Virus record (IMG/VR): IMGVR_UViG_3300005538_000014
Span: 1-57,559 of that record
Strand: one strand, 5' to 3'
Origin: a virus
Lineage: Duplodnaviria > Caudoviricetes
Length of the DNA stretch: 57,559 nt
Shown: positions 18,794-27,368 of the stretch, piece by piece
Layout: each line of letters starts with the position of its first letter
Position numbering within the stretch: the stretch's first letter is position 1
Position numbers and translations under genes: made by a program
The notes under the pieces: generated by a model
Seen by the model: only the letters and a program-made list of their open reading frames with translations
The model's database searches: none
What the model was told of the DNA's origin: nothing

Positions 18794-20383
18794 ATGACGA
18801 AGCGAAAGCGACAGGGGCCGCTCTGCCCCAAATGCGGCGGCCCCGTGGTTCGAGCCGGACACGCGCGCGGCGTCCAGAGATACCAGCATGGAGGCGACGG
18901 CAAAAATCCGTGCCGCTGGCACGGCACGAAGCCCGTGCAGCACGCATCGGACCAAAGCAAGGGTATCGACAGGGTAGCCGCGGATCGCCTCTACGCGAGC
19001 GTTAAAACGGCAGAGCGCAAGCGTTACGTGGTGACGGCGGCGCAGAACGCCACGCCGATCAACAAAGCGTTCTTCGCGAGCCTCCTCACCTACTGCAAGG
19101 AGCGCCGCGCCCAACTCATTGTCATTCCATACCGCTACAAGAATCCCACCTCGATGTGGAGCGAGAAGGCGGAGCACGACGATTGGTGGGCGTCGGAACT
19201 TGCGCCGCACCTTCTGGACCGCCGCACGCAACTGAATGACAACCTTGTGTTGCTTTCGGACATCAAAACGCAACCGACCGCTACGGCACCGCTCCAAGGG
19301 TACGAGACAATCAGCGGCGGAAACTCCGCCATCATCGGGCATCCGAAGATCGAATTGAAATCGGTTCCCGCTCCGCAGTCGCGCTTGCCGAAACTCCTGC
19401 TTTCAACTGGCGCGGTCACCGTCAAAAACTACATCGAGTCCAAAGCCGGCAAGCAGGCCGAGCACCACCATTCGTTCGCCGCAACAGCGGTCGAGGTTTC
19501 TGGCAAGAAATTCCACGTCCGCCAGCTTAACGCCACGCGGAACGGCTCCTTCATCGATTTCACGACGGAGTACGACGGCGAAAACACGCGGCATGCGCCA
19601 TGCGAGGCCCTTGTCATGGGCGACAGCCACGTCGAGTTCATCGACAAGCGCGTGGCGGCCGCGACGTTCGGGCCTGGCGGTCTGGTCGAGGCGCTCAAAC
19701 CCAAATATCTCGTTTGGCACGACGTTCACGATTTCTACAGCCGCAACCACCACCACCGCGGCCGCGTGTTCGTCAACCTGGTCAAGCACGTCACGGGCCG
19801 CGACGACGTGGAGAAGATGCTCCGCGAGACGTTCGCCTACGTGGACAGCGTGACGCCAGCGTACGTCCGCAACATCTTCGTGCCATCAAACCATCCTGAC
19901 GCGCTTGCTCGATGGATCGAGGAGACCGATCCACGTCAGGATCCTCGCAACTGCATCTTTTGGGCGCAGACGTTCGCCGCGATGGCGGAGGGAGCGCGAT
20001 GGACAGAATCCGGCGCGAGCACGATTGACCCGTTCGCCTATTGGGGAAGGCGCTGGCTGAAAACCTCCGGTCAGGCCACGTTCCTGCATCGCGGCCAGAG
20101 CTTCACAATCAAGGGGATCGAGGTTGGCTTCCATGGCGACAAGGGCGCGAACGGCGCGCGCGGAACCGTCAAGAGCTACTCGCGCATCGGCGTCAAAACC
20201 ATCACCGGGCACGGCCACGCGCCCGAGATCAAGGATGGAGCCTATCGCGTAGGAACGAACTCGCTTCTCGCCCTCGAATACAACACGGGCGCGCCGAGTT
20301 CATGGCTTCACACCGACTGCACCATTTACGCGAACGGCAAGCGGTCACTCATCAACATCATCGACGGGGAGTTCAGGGCGTGA
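18794..20383 (+). CDS. calcineurin-like metallophosphoesterase with N-terminal Zn-ribbon
   Basis: CPKCGG; MGDSH, WHDVHD, PSNHPD, FHGD, GHGH metal-binding motifs. Confidence 0.7.
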   Translation: MTKRKRQGPLCPKCGGPVVRAGHARGVQRYQHGGDGKNPCRWHGTKPVQHASDQSKGIDRVAADRLYASVKTAERKRYVVTAAQNATPINKAFFASLLTYCKERRAQLIVIPYRYKNPTSMWSEKAEHDDWWASELAPHLLDRRTQLNDNLVLLSDIKTQPTATAPLQGYETISGGNSAIIGHPKIELKSVPAPQSRLPKLLLSTGAVTVKNYIESKAGKQAEHHHSFAATAVEVSGKKFHVRQLNATRNGSFIDFTTEYDGENTRHAPCEALVMGDSHVEFIDKRVAAATFGPGGLVEALKPKYLVWHDVHDFYSRNHHHRGRVFVNLVKHVTGRDDVEKMLRETFAYVDSVTPAYVRNIFVPSNHPDALARWIEETDPRQDPRNCIFWAQTFAAMAEGARWTESGASTIDPFAYWGRRWLKTSGQATFLHRGQSFTIKGIEVGFHGDKGANGARGTVKSYSRIGVKTITGHGHAPEIKDGAYRVGTNSLLALEYNTGAPSSWLHTDCTIYANGKRSLINIIDGEFRA

Positions 20384-20994
20384 TCATCGTTCCTGAACTG
20401 CAAAAGGTATTCATTCTGGTGCCGCGCACCGGGAGTGGGTCGCTGTACCGAGAACTGCATCGGGTCTATCCGCGGTCAATGCTGCTTTACCGCCACATGG
20501 AGGCGGACGGATGCCCGCGCGGCTATGATCGATGGCAGCGCGTCGGCTTCGTGCGGCACCCGCTGATGCGGCTGTGGAGCCTCTTCCGGTTCATGCAGCA
20601 ATTCACCGAGAGCGCACACACAAAGGACATCGACGAGGCCCGGCGTATCCAAGAACAAACTCGCTGCGGGTTCGAGACTTGGTTGCTCCACAACGATGCG
20701 CCATTCACCAAGGCTCACGATCTCGTTGGAACCCACATCTACAGGCCCATCATGTGCCGAATTAACGGCGCGCCAGAAAACAAGTGCAGTCAGTACGACT
20801 ATCTTCGGCCGGACCTTGGAACGCTGGTACTCAAATTCGAGAATCTGCGCGAGCACATGACTGAGTGGGGCTTGTCGCCGACACTGAGAAAAAACCACAT
20901 CGGCAATCCGCCGCCGCCTCTATCGCCAGCAATTTCCGACCACATCGCGCGCTATTGCGCGTGGGATTTGGAACAGCACTGCGCCTTTATCTAA
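20380..20994 (+). CDS. sulfotransferase-family (Sulfotransfer_2-like) protein
   Basis: GTG overlaps the upstream TGA; VFILVPRTGSGSL (5'-PSB loop-like), GFVRHPLMRLWS (3'-PB-like), LKFENL. Confidence 0.65.
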   Translation: MIIVPELQKVFILVPRTGSGSLYRELHRVYPRSMLLYRHMEADGCPRGYDRWQRVGFVRHPLMRLWSLFRFMQQFTESAHTKDIDEARRIQEQTRCGFETWLLHNDAPFTKAHDLVGTHIYRPIMCRINGAPENKCSQYDYLRPDLGTLVLKFENLREHMTEWGLSPTLRKNHIGNPPPPLSPAISDHIARYCAWDLEQHCAFI

Positions 20995-21005
20995 CGGGAA
21001 GACTC

Positions 21006-21434
21006 ATGAGCACGGAAACAGGACAAATCAGAACCTTCAATACCGGCGCAAACCGCAACGCAGAGACCGGGAAATACGATTACGAGGGATTCATGTCCCC
21101 GCTCGTGCTCGAAGCCTTTGGGGCATACATGCACTTTAACCGGCACCTCGCTGACGGCACGCTGCGCGATAGCGACAACTGGCAGCGCGGCATTCCGCAG
21201 CCAGTCTACATGAAATCAGGCTGGCGGCATTTCTTTGATTGGTGGAAGCACCACCGCGGCCTCACCATTGGTGAGGGGCTGGTTTTCGCCATCTGCGGCC
21301 TCCTGTTCAACGCGCAAGGCTATCTGCACGAATTTCTCAAAGCGAACCCTGGCGCGCTCGCGGCGGCCATTTCTGCCAACGAAGCCGCCAGAAAAGCCCG
21401 CTGGAACGCGGCAAAAACCGACAAGGCGGCGTGA
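21006..21434 (+). CDS. dATP/dGTP diphosphohydrolase-like (DUF5664-like) protein
   Basis: RTFNTGANR...GKYDY...SPL...DNWQRGIP...SGWRH...ICGLLFNA. Confidence 0.6.
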   Translation: MSTETGQIRTFNTGANRNAETGKYDYEGFMSPLVLEAFGAYMHFNRHLADGTLRDSDNWQRGIPQPVYMKSGWRHFFDWWKHHRGLTIGEGLVFAICGLLFNAQGYLHEFLKANPGALAAAISANEAARKARWNAAKTDKAA

Positions 21435-21473
21435 CTGTAATTTCGCCCCCGGACGAGAGGCGGGGAGACGCAA

Positions 21474-21965
21474 ATGACGACGGTCGCATGGGACGGAAAA
21501 ACGATGGCATGCGACTCGTGTTGGAGCTATGAAAACGCTGTTGACACGCTGCAAAACAAGATCACGCGTCTCCCGAACGGGGCGCTCCTCGGCCAGGCAG
21601 GAGACAACGACGCCCGCGACATCATCAAATTCCTGTCCGGTGTGAAATCGCCAGCGAAGCTCCCGAGCCGCTCCCGCCTCCAAAGGTTCAAAATCGATTT
21701 CCTTGGTCTGATGGTCTTCTCGAATGGCCGCGTGTTCAAGATCGCGACGGCAACGGACTACACCGATCAGGAATACGATGTTGGCCTTTGGGAGGTGAAC
21801 GCCGGCATCAATGCCATCGGAACCGGCGCGATGATCGCTATGGGCGCGCTGGCCGCTGGCGCGTGCGCTCGGGAGGCAGTCGAAATCGCATGCAGATACG
21901 ACGTAAACTCCCGCACTCCCATTCACACGTTCACCCTCAATGACAACGCTAAAAGTAAGCGTTGA
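21474..21965 (+). CDS. Ntn-hydrolase (HslV/proteasome beta-like) peptidase
   Basis: N-terminal MTTVAW...ACDS, KI, GQAGD, AIGTGAMIAMGAL, AREAVEIACRYD. Confidence 0.8.
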   Translation: MTTVAWDGKTMACDSCWSYENAVDTLQNKITRLPNGALLGQAGDNDARDIIKFLSGVKSPAKLPSRSRLQRFKIDFLGLMVFSNGRVFKIATATDYTDQEYDVGLWEVNAGINAIGTGAMIAMGALAAGACAREAVEIACRYDVNSRTPIHTFTLNDNAKSKR

Positions 21966-22731
21966 TCTCGCACACCTGACCGCCATTTCTGGCGCGGTCG
22001 AGGCGGCCGTCTTTCAAAATCTATCTTCCGCTGTCGATAAGGTCGCGGCCGTTGGCGCACAGCGATGGCGCGAGGCGGCGTTTCGCGCGAAACTCTGGCG
22101 GACAGAGGCGCAGATGTACGCAGACTCGATCAGCTACCGCATGACGGGACCGTACTCCGCCACAATCAGTGCGACGTACCGCTACGTCGAGGACATCGAG
22201 ACTGGCCGCCCCGCGCGCGACCTCAAAGTGTTGCTGAATACCAGCAACAAGGTCCGGCGCAACAAGAAGGGCCAGCTTTATCTCATCATCCCAATGCGGC
22301 ACGCGAACCCGGCGTCGACGGGCGGAGAGTTCGGCCGCCCCATGCCGAAGCACATTTACGAGGAGGCGAAGAGCCTGGCACCGTCGCGCGTGACCGGCAT
22401 GGGAAAGCGCTTGTCGGCCCGTGGCGTCATGGTCCCGCAGCGCAAATACCAGTGGGGCGGCCGGCTGCCGGAAGGTCTCGCGCCGAAGATGAAGCCGCAC
22501 CACGCGACTGACATCTATTCCAACATGTACCGCTTCAATGCGGAAAGCGGAAAATCAGGCAGATACTCGAACTATCTCACGTTCCGCATCATGGGCGAGT
22601 GGCAGACAGACAAGTGGATCGTCGCGCCGAAACCCGGCCTCTACATCGCCAAGGGTATTGCCGATGGCTTGCAATCCGATGCGCCCCGGATTTTCGAGCG
22701 CGCCTTGCAGGCTGACCTCGCGGCCGCTTAG
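21940..22731 (+). CDS. probable virion morphogenesis (neck/tail-joining) protein
   Basis: IETGRPARDLK...YLIIPMRH...YLTFRIM...WIV..PG resembles proteins found between neck and tail terminator genes; by-eye recognition only. Confidence 0.5.
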   Translation: MTTLKVSVDLAHLTAISGAVEAAVFQNLSSAVDKVAAVGAQRWREAAFRAKLWRTEAQMYADSISYRMTGPYSATISATYRYVEDIETGRPARDLKVLLNTSNKVRRNKKGQLYLIIPMRHANPASTGGEFGRPMPKHIYEEAKSLAPSRVTGMGKRLSARGVMVPQRKYQWGGRLPEGLAPKMKPHHATDIYSNMYRFNAESGKSGRYSNYLTFRIMGEWQTDKWIVAPKPGLYIAKGIADGLQSDAPRIFERALQADLAAA

Positions 22732-23366
22732 CGGCCTCCGTAAAGATCGAACCGTCGCGCGAGAAATTTCACCGGCAGCGACGCGCCCTGATTGTTGTTC
22801 CGCGTCGACGGCAGATGCGTGTAAACGTAAAATTCGAGGTACTTGACGCCCGTCACGGTGTACGCCGTATCAGCCGGAGGCGCTGTTTGCCCTGTCGTCC
22901 ATGACAGGCTTCCGTCCGCGTTGACCGTTGGGATGGATCCCTGAATGATTTGCGTTCCCGTTGGGTCGAGCCAAAACACGGCCGAGATACTTTTGATCGT
23001 TCCGGTCAGCTTGTCATTCGCGCCCGGCTCGATCACGAGCGAGAATGACACCGTGGCGTAGAGCGCGCGAATGCGGTCATATTGAGCGGCCGCATACATT
23101 GGTGAGTCAGAGCCGACAGTAAACAACGCGTCGCCTTGCTCCCACGTCCCGAACTGAGCGAAGGCTTTATCGTTCCGCATGTTCTGCATGCCAGCGAAGC
23201 ACGTCACCTCGTCCGCCCAAATGCGCCCCTTGCCTTTGCACACAGGGCAATTCGGCTTCGACGCGCCGGTTGTCGGGTCCACGCACGGGCACGCCGACGC
23301 AGACCGCCAACCGAACGCCTGCATGTTGTTGATCATCCCGTTGAAGAAATCGACGGAAAAATCCAT
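22728..23366 (-). CDS. head closure/neck protein
   Basis: WRSASACPC...CPVCKGKG Zn motif, YDRI; start coupled to the upstream stop. Confidence 0.7.
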   Translation of the reverse strand: MDFSVDFFNGMINNMQAFGWRSASACPCVDPTTGASKPNCPVCKGKGRIWADEVTCFAGMQNMRNDKAFAQFGTWEQGDALFTVGSDSPMYAAAQYDRIRALYATVSFSLVIEPGANDKLTGTIKSISAVFWLDPTGTQIIQGSIPTVNADGSLSWTTGQTAPPADTAYTVTGVKYLEFYVYTHLPSTRNNNQGASLPVKFLARRFDLYGGR

Positions 23367-24181
23367 TACGCGATCATCCCGATCATGCCCGCGCCGGCGC
23401 CGTGAATCTTTGTCCACAGGCCGCCGTTCGATCCCTTTGGCCCAAAGAGCGCGAAATCAATTTGCTCCTGGTAATCGGAAATCTTGAACGCGAGTGATTG
23501 TGACATGCCGTCAACCGAGCCGGAGACGGAGCTAGGCTGATAGATACCCTGCATGATTTTGAGCAGGGCCTTTTTGTAAATGACATCGATCAGATGCGGC
23601 CAGTTTTCGGTTGCGCCAATGCCCGTGCTGTCAGTGATCCCCAAGCCGGCGTCGTATTCGACTTGGATCATGGCCGGGATTTGCGAGCCGCCGCCGAGGG
23701 CCTGCATCAGGAATGCGCCGAGCGGCGCGACGAATTGCGAGGACGCGGGTACAAGCCGGATATGACCGTACTTTTTATCGAGGCGCAGCCAGTCGTTTGG
23801 AATCGCGAACACCGTGCTTGTCGGGTTCGGATAGACCATGTTGATCGACGTAACGCTGATAATCGGGATATGCCGCGTGACGATGTAGCCCCACCGTTCG
23901 TCACGGAAAAAATCGGCGTCGTAATCGTAGCCAGGCTCTACCGTCCACGGCTCGCCATTCAGAGCGGCGATTTGCTCATCTGTCGGGTCGTTGCCGCCAG
24001 AGAACACATGCGTCTCCTCGAAGAAAACCTTGAGCGAGATCGCGATTTCCTGTTCGGCCGCCTGAATTTGCTGCAAAATGTAGTCGTCGGAGAACGTCGC
24101 CTTCGGGAAATACATCGCCTGTACCGGGGCGAGCCGGTCCGCGCGGAACGCGGTAACGTCACTGCCCTCGAAAATGCTCAT
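23366..24181 (-). CDS. head-tail adaptor/neck protein
   Basis: IQAAEQEI, YDYDADF, PIISVTS, IQVEYDAG, SSVSGSVDGMSQS. Confidence 0.7.
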   Translation of the reverse strand: MSIFEGSDVTAFRADRLAPVQAMYFPKATFSDDYILQQIQAAEQEIAISLKVFFEETHVFSGGNDPTDEQIAALNGEPWTVEPGYDYDADFFRDERWGYIVTRHIPIISVTSINMVYPNPTSTVFAIPNDWLRLDKKYGHIRLVPASSQFVAPLGAFLMQALGGGSQIPAMIQVEYDAGLGITDSTGIGATENWPHLIDVIYKKALLKIMQGIYQPSSVSGSVDGMSQSLAFKISDYQEQIDFALFGPKGSNGGLWTKIHGAGAGMIGMIA

Positions 24182-24192
24182 CGCGCGCCCTC

Positions 24193-24231
24193 AAAAGAGA
24201 ACGCGCGGGAGGCACCCGGCCGCCCGCGCGC
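24193..24231 (-). terminator. probable terminator/attenuator after the capsid operon
   Basis: 8-bp GC stem CGCGCGGG/CCCGCGCG followed by TTCTCTTTT on the - strand. Confidence 0.55.
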
Positions 24232-24253
24232 TTGGTCTATACTCGCGTCACGC

Positions 24254-24802
24254 TTAGCGCGTGCCGAGTGCTCCGACAGCCGTTGGGCTGTCGATGATGT
24301 CGTAGTACGTGACCGTGAGACCCGCAGTATCGAGAGCGGTTGTGCCGCCAACGAAATTCGAGCCACTCGCATTATCCACCACAACGATTCCGATCATCAC
24401 CAGCCCGCTCGAAAGAGTGGCAAGCAGCGAGGAGGAAGCGATAGCGGCATCGTGATTCGACTTTGCGCCGCCGAACTGGCTTGACAGCGTGCCCGAGCTA
24501 TTGATGAAGAACGAGAACGCGCCACTCTGGCCGTTGGCGATGGTGCCCGAGAGCGCGGCCATGTCGGTGTTGGCCGCCTTACGGATGATCGTCCCGTTTA
24601 CCAGCGCAGCAAACGCGCTGCCAGCTTTGACAAGTGTCGAACCCGCGCCATGAATGACGAGGCCGGCCTTGCTGAGCATGGTATAGCTCGAATACGTGAT
24701 GATGTCTGTCAGCACGCTACCGATTTTCGCGTGCGATGCGGCAGGCGAAGAGCGGTTGAGCATGTCCCGCAACTGTGCGGCATTTGTAAAACCAGCGTCC
24801 AT
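24254..24802 (-). CDS. putative capsid decoration/structural protein
   Basis: Small-residue-rich beta-type protein two genes after the major capsid gene. Confidence 0.5.
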   Translation of the reverse strand: MDAGFTNAAQLRDMLNRSSPAASHAKIGSVLTDIITYSSYTMLSKAGLVIHGAGSTLVKAGSAFAALVNGTIIRKAANTDMAALSGTIANGQSGAFSFFINSSGTLSSQFGGAKSNHDAAIASSSLLATLSSGLVMIGIVVVDNASGSNFVGGTTALDTAGLTVTYYDIIDSPTAVGALGTR

Positions 24803-24826
24803 GTCTTTCCCCTATCCGTTGGACGG

Positions 24827-25099
24827 TTACACGAGTGCGGTCTGTGCCGCGCCCTCTGTCTTCTCGCCATCGGCAGGCGGAGGAGGCGGAGGAGTTTCTT
24901 CTTTGCGCTCGCCGGCCTTTTTCTTCGGCGGCTCCTCGATCGCGACGACCTCGAAATGCTCGCTGTCGCGGAACTGTGCGGCACCCGCCTCATCGACAGG
25001 TTCAACGGTCCGTTTGCGATTCTTGTGCTTCTCGAAGGCGAAGCCGTTGATGTTGTCGCCCGCGTTCGGATGCGAGCAGATTACGTGAAATTTCGGCAT
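24827..25099 (-). CDS. small hypothetical protein after the major capsid gene
   Basis: RBS AAGGA before ATG 25099 (MPKFHVIC); Pro/Glu/Lys-rich tail. Confidence 0.6.
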   Translation of the reverse strand: MPKFHVICSHPNAGDNINGFAFEKHKNRKRTVEPVDEAGAAQFRDSEHFEVVAIEEPPKKKAGERKEETPPPPPPADGEKTEGAAQTALV

Positions 25100-25178
25100 T
25101 GGATGTCCTTCAAAATTTGCCGGGGAGTGTCGGCTACAACCTCGCCACTCCCCGGCTTTCTTCACCGCTTGTTTGTGC

Positions 25179-26699
25179 TTACGTTCCCACGCCGTACGGA
25201 CGCCACACCTGAGCAGTCGGCAGGATGTTCTTGATCACCGAGTGGTGACGCCGCTTGCCGATGCGGAGGTAGCCGAACAGAAGCTGCGCCCACGGGATGA
25301 TGGCGGAGTTCGTCGGGTAAAGCTGGAATTTCAGCATCGGCAGAAGCTGCCGCCACGAAATCGCCAGCGCGCCAGGCGACATGTTGAGGATGTACGCCTT
25401 GGTCGTACCCGCGATGTCACTGTTGTAGTCCGTCCACGTCGTGGTCGCGCCCGCAACTGCGATGCGCGCAACCTCACGGTAGTCCGAACCCCAACCGGCA
25501 GGACCGGAACCGGCGATCACGTTTCCGCCGCCCTTCGCCGAGCGGTAGATGATGTACCCGGTTTCCTGCGCGCCGGCCGAGCGGGTGATGGTGAGCACCA
25601 CCTTGTTGCCCGCCACGACGTTCTGCTGTGCAGCCACCTGGAACATCGGCGACCCACCGGAAGAGTTCACGCCCGCGACGCCGTAGTAGTACAGGCCCGC
25701 GCTGTTGTCGCTGTTCGCGAACAGCGAGGCAGCGTCCGCCGACTGCGCGGCGGCCACGTTTGCGGGAGTCTGCGCGGCGTTGGCGGTCGCAATCGTCGGG
25801 TACAGAACCTCGAACGGCTGCAACTGCAAGTCCTCACGGATGAAAACGTCCGGCTGGTTGGCAATGTCACCCCACGAGGTGCGAATGCCACGGACCGGAG
25901 CGCCGAGGCTCAGGCCGCCCGCGCCAACATCCGGCAGCGGAACACGGAAGGCGGGATCGAGCTTCGTGTCGAAATCCGCCTGCACGCCCTGACTGCAAAA
26001 GATGTCGGTCGGCGTACCAAAGTTTCCGAACCCGGCAATCGTGGCGGCCGCGGAGTTCACCGGGGCGATGCCATTGAGCGCGGCCGCGCGGATGTCGACG
26101 ATGTTGGCGGCCGGAACCTGACCGGCAGCAACACCCGCCTTCATCTGCGCATAGATGCCGTCAAACTCCAACGGGTTCACGGTCGAGTCACCCTCGAACG
26201 AGAGGTACTCGGCGTCCGTCAGAAGCTGCAGCGCACCGTTGCGCTGTTCGACTGCCTCGGAGTCGGCGATTGCGCCCTGCAAGGTCTGGACAAGCGACAC
26301 CTGACGCTGAGTCATGAGGTACTTGACCAGGCCGACGCGTCTGGCGTACGTGCCCTGAGTCTGCGCGATTGCACCCGTTTCCGAGTTCGTCGAGCCACCG
26401 GGAAACCCGCCAACTCCGCTCTGTTCCGTCCATTCATCGACGGTCGCGATTGCGTTGGTCTTCGTGAACTTGTTGAAAAGACGGAAATGCTTGTTCTCCT
26501 GAATGGTGGAGAGCAGCGTCTTTTCGAGAGACTGGACGCGCAGCGCAGCGCCGCCAGTCAGCGTCGAAACGTCGGTGCCGTAGCCCGCGGTCAACGCCTT
26601 CTGGAGTTCGCTGATTGCGTCCATCCCCATTTCGGCAGCGGTAGAGCCACCGACAACCGGAGCGCCGCCAGCCTGTACGTTAGGCAACTGGATCAACAT
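25179..26699 (-). CDS. major capsid protein
   Basis: KALTAGYG...GGAALRVQSLE, YARRVGLVKYL, FEGDS...LEFDGI, GFGTPTD-like motif, QLLPMLK; resembles SPO1/Twort-type capsid proteins. Confidence 0.9.
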   Translation of the reverse strand: MLIQLPNVQAGGAPVVGGSTAAEMGMDAISELQKALTAGYGTDVSTLTGGAALRVQSLEKTLLSTIQENKHFRLFNKFTKTNAIATVDEWTEQSGVGGFPGGSTNSETGAIAQTQGTYARRVGLVKYLMTQRQVSLVQTLQGAIADSEAVEQRNGALQLLTDAEYLSFEGDSTVNPLEFDGIYAQMKAGVAAGQVPAANIVDIRAAALNGIAPVNSAAATIAGFGNFGTPTDIFCSQGVQADFDTKLDPAFRVPLPDVGAGGLSLGAPVRGIRTSWGDIANQPDVFIREDLQLQPFEVLYPTIATANAAQTPANVAAAQSADAASLFANSDNSAGLYYYGVAGVNSSGGSPMFQVAAQQNVVAGNKVVLTITRSAGAQETGYIIYRSAKGGGNVIAGSGPAGWGSDYREVARIAVAGATTTWTDYNSDIAGTTKAYILNMSPGALAISWRQLLPMLKFQLYPTNSAIIPWAQLLFGYLRIGKRRHHSVIKNILPTAQVWRPYGVGT

Positions 26700-26774
26700 G
26701 TACTTTTCCCCTTCTTCACACCCCGGCGTTTCGTCCGGCGATTGCTTTTTGTTTACGTTTCGTTCTTTTCGTGA

Positions 26775-27368
26775 TTACGCGAGAACGCGCCGCACGAAAT
26801 CGGCGTCGGGCTGTGCGCCCTTGTTGATGGCGTTCTCCGCTTTCGTGAGTTCGACGCCGCTCACCTTGCCGGCGAGATTCGCTTCGAGCGCCTTCGCGAG
26901 GAACGTGGACGGGTCCATGCCCGTGTCGTTCGCCTTGCTGACCTCGGTTGCGGCAGGCTTTTCGTTGATATGCACGACGCTCTTGCGTGGCTTCGGAGCA
27001 GCGCGCAGCGTTGCGACCTCTGCCTGCAGAGATTTCACGACGGTCCAGACGTTACCGAGAGCCGTTTCGGCTTTCTCCGCACGCTCGGACAGCGCCTTGA
27101 AGAGCGCAGTGCCATCGACGGCCGTACCTTTTGTGCCGTCCTCGAAAGTGACCTCGAATGACTTGCCGACCTCGTCGTCCTCTTCTTCGGCCTCTTCGTC
27201 GGCGTCCGCGTCGGCTTTGCCCTCCGCGGCCGCGGCAGCGATCTTGCCGTCGCCAGCCTTGTCGCCAGCGGGCAGCGCCTTGCTGACATCGGTTGCTTTG
27301 CCGGCGATCTCTTCAATCAGCTTGTCGAAATCGGGCTTCGCCGCCGTATTCTCGGTGTTTGCAGTCAT
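26775..27368 (-). CDS. capsid scaffolding protein
   Basis: Acidic/helical protein between protease and capsid genes; many K(A/S) sites. Confidence 0.65.
   Translation of the reverse strand: MTANTENTAAKPDFDKLIEEIAGKATDVSKALPAGDKAGDGKIAAAAAEGKADADADEEAEEEDDEVGKSFEVTFEDGTKGTAVDGTALFKALSERAEKAETALGNVWTVVKSLQAEVATLRAAPKPRKSVVHINEKPAATEVSKANDTGMDPSTFLAKALEANLAGKVSGVELTKAENAINKGAQPDADFVRRVLA

Noticed and set aside
20041-20379. N-terminal extensions in the ORF track (also 996-1103, 52884-53012, 54189-54314, 40967-41353)
   Set aside because: They overlap neighbouring genes or structured leaders; downstream starts with an RBS or stop-start coupling fit better
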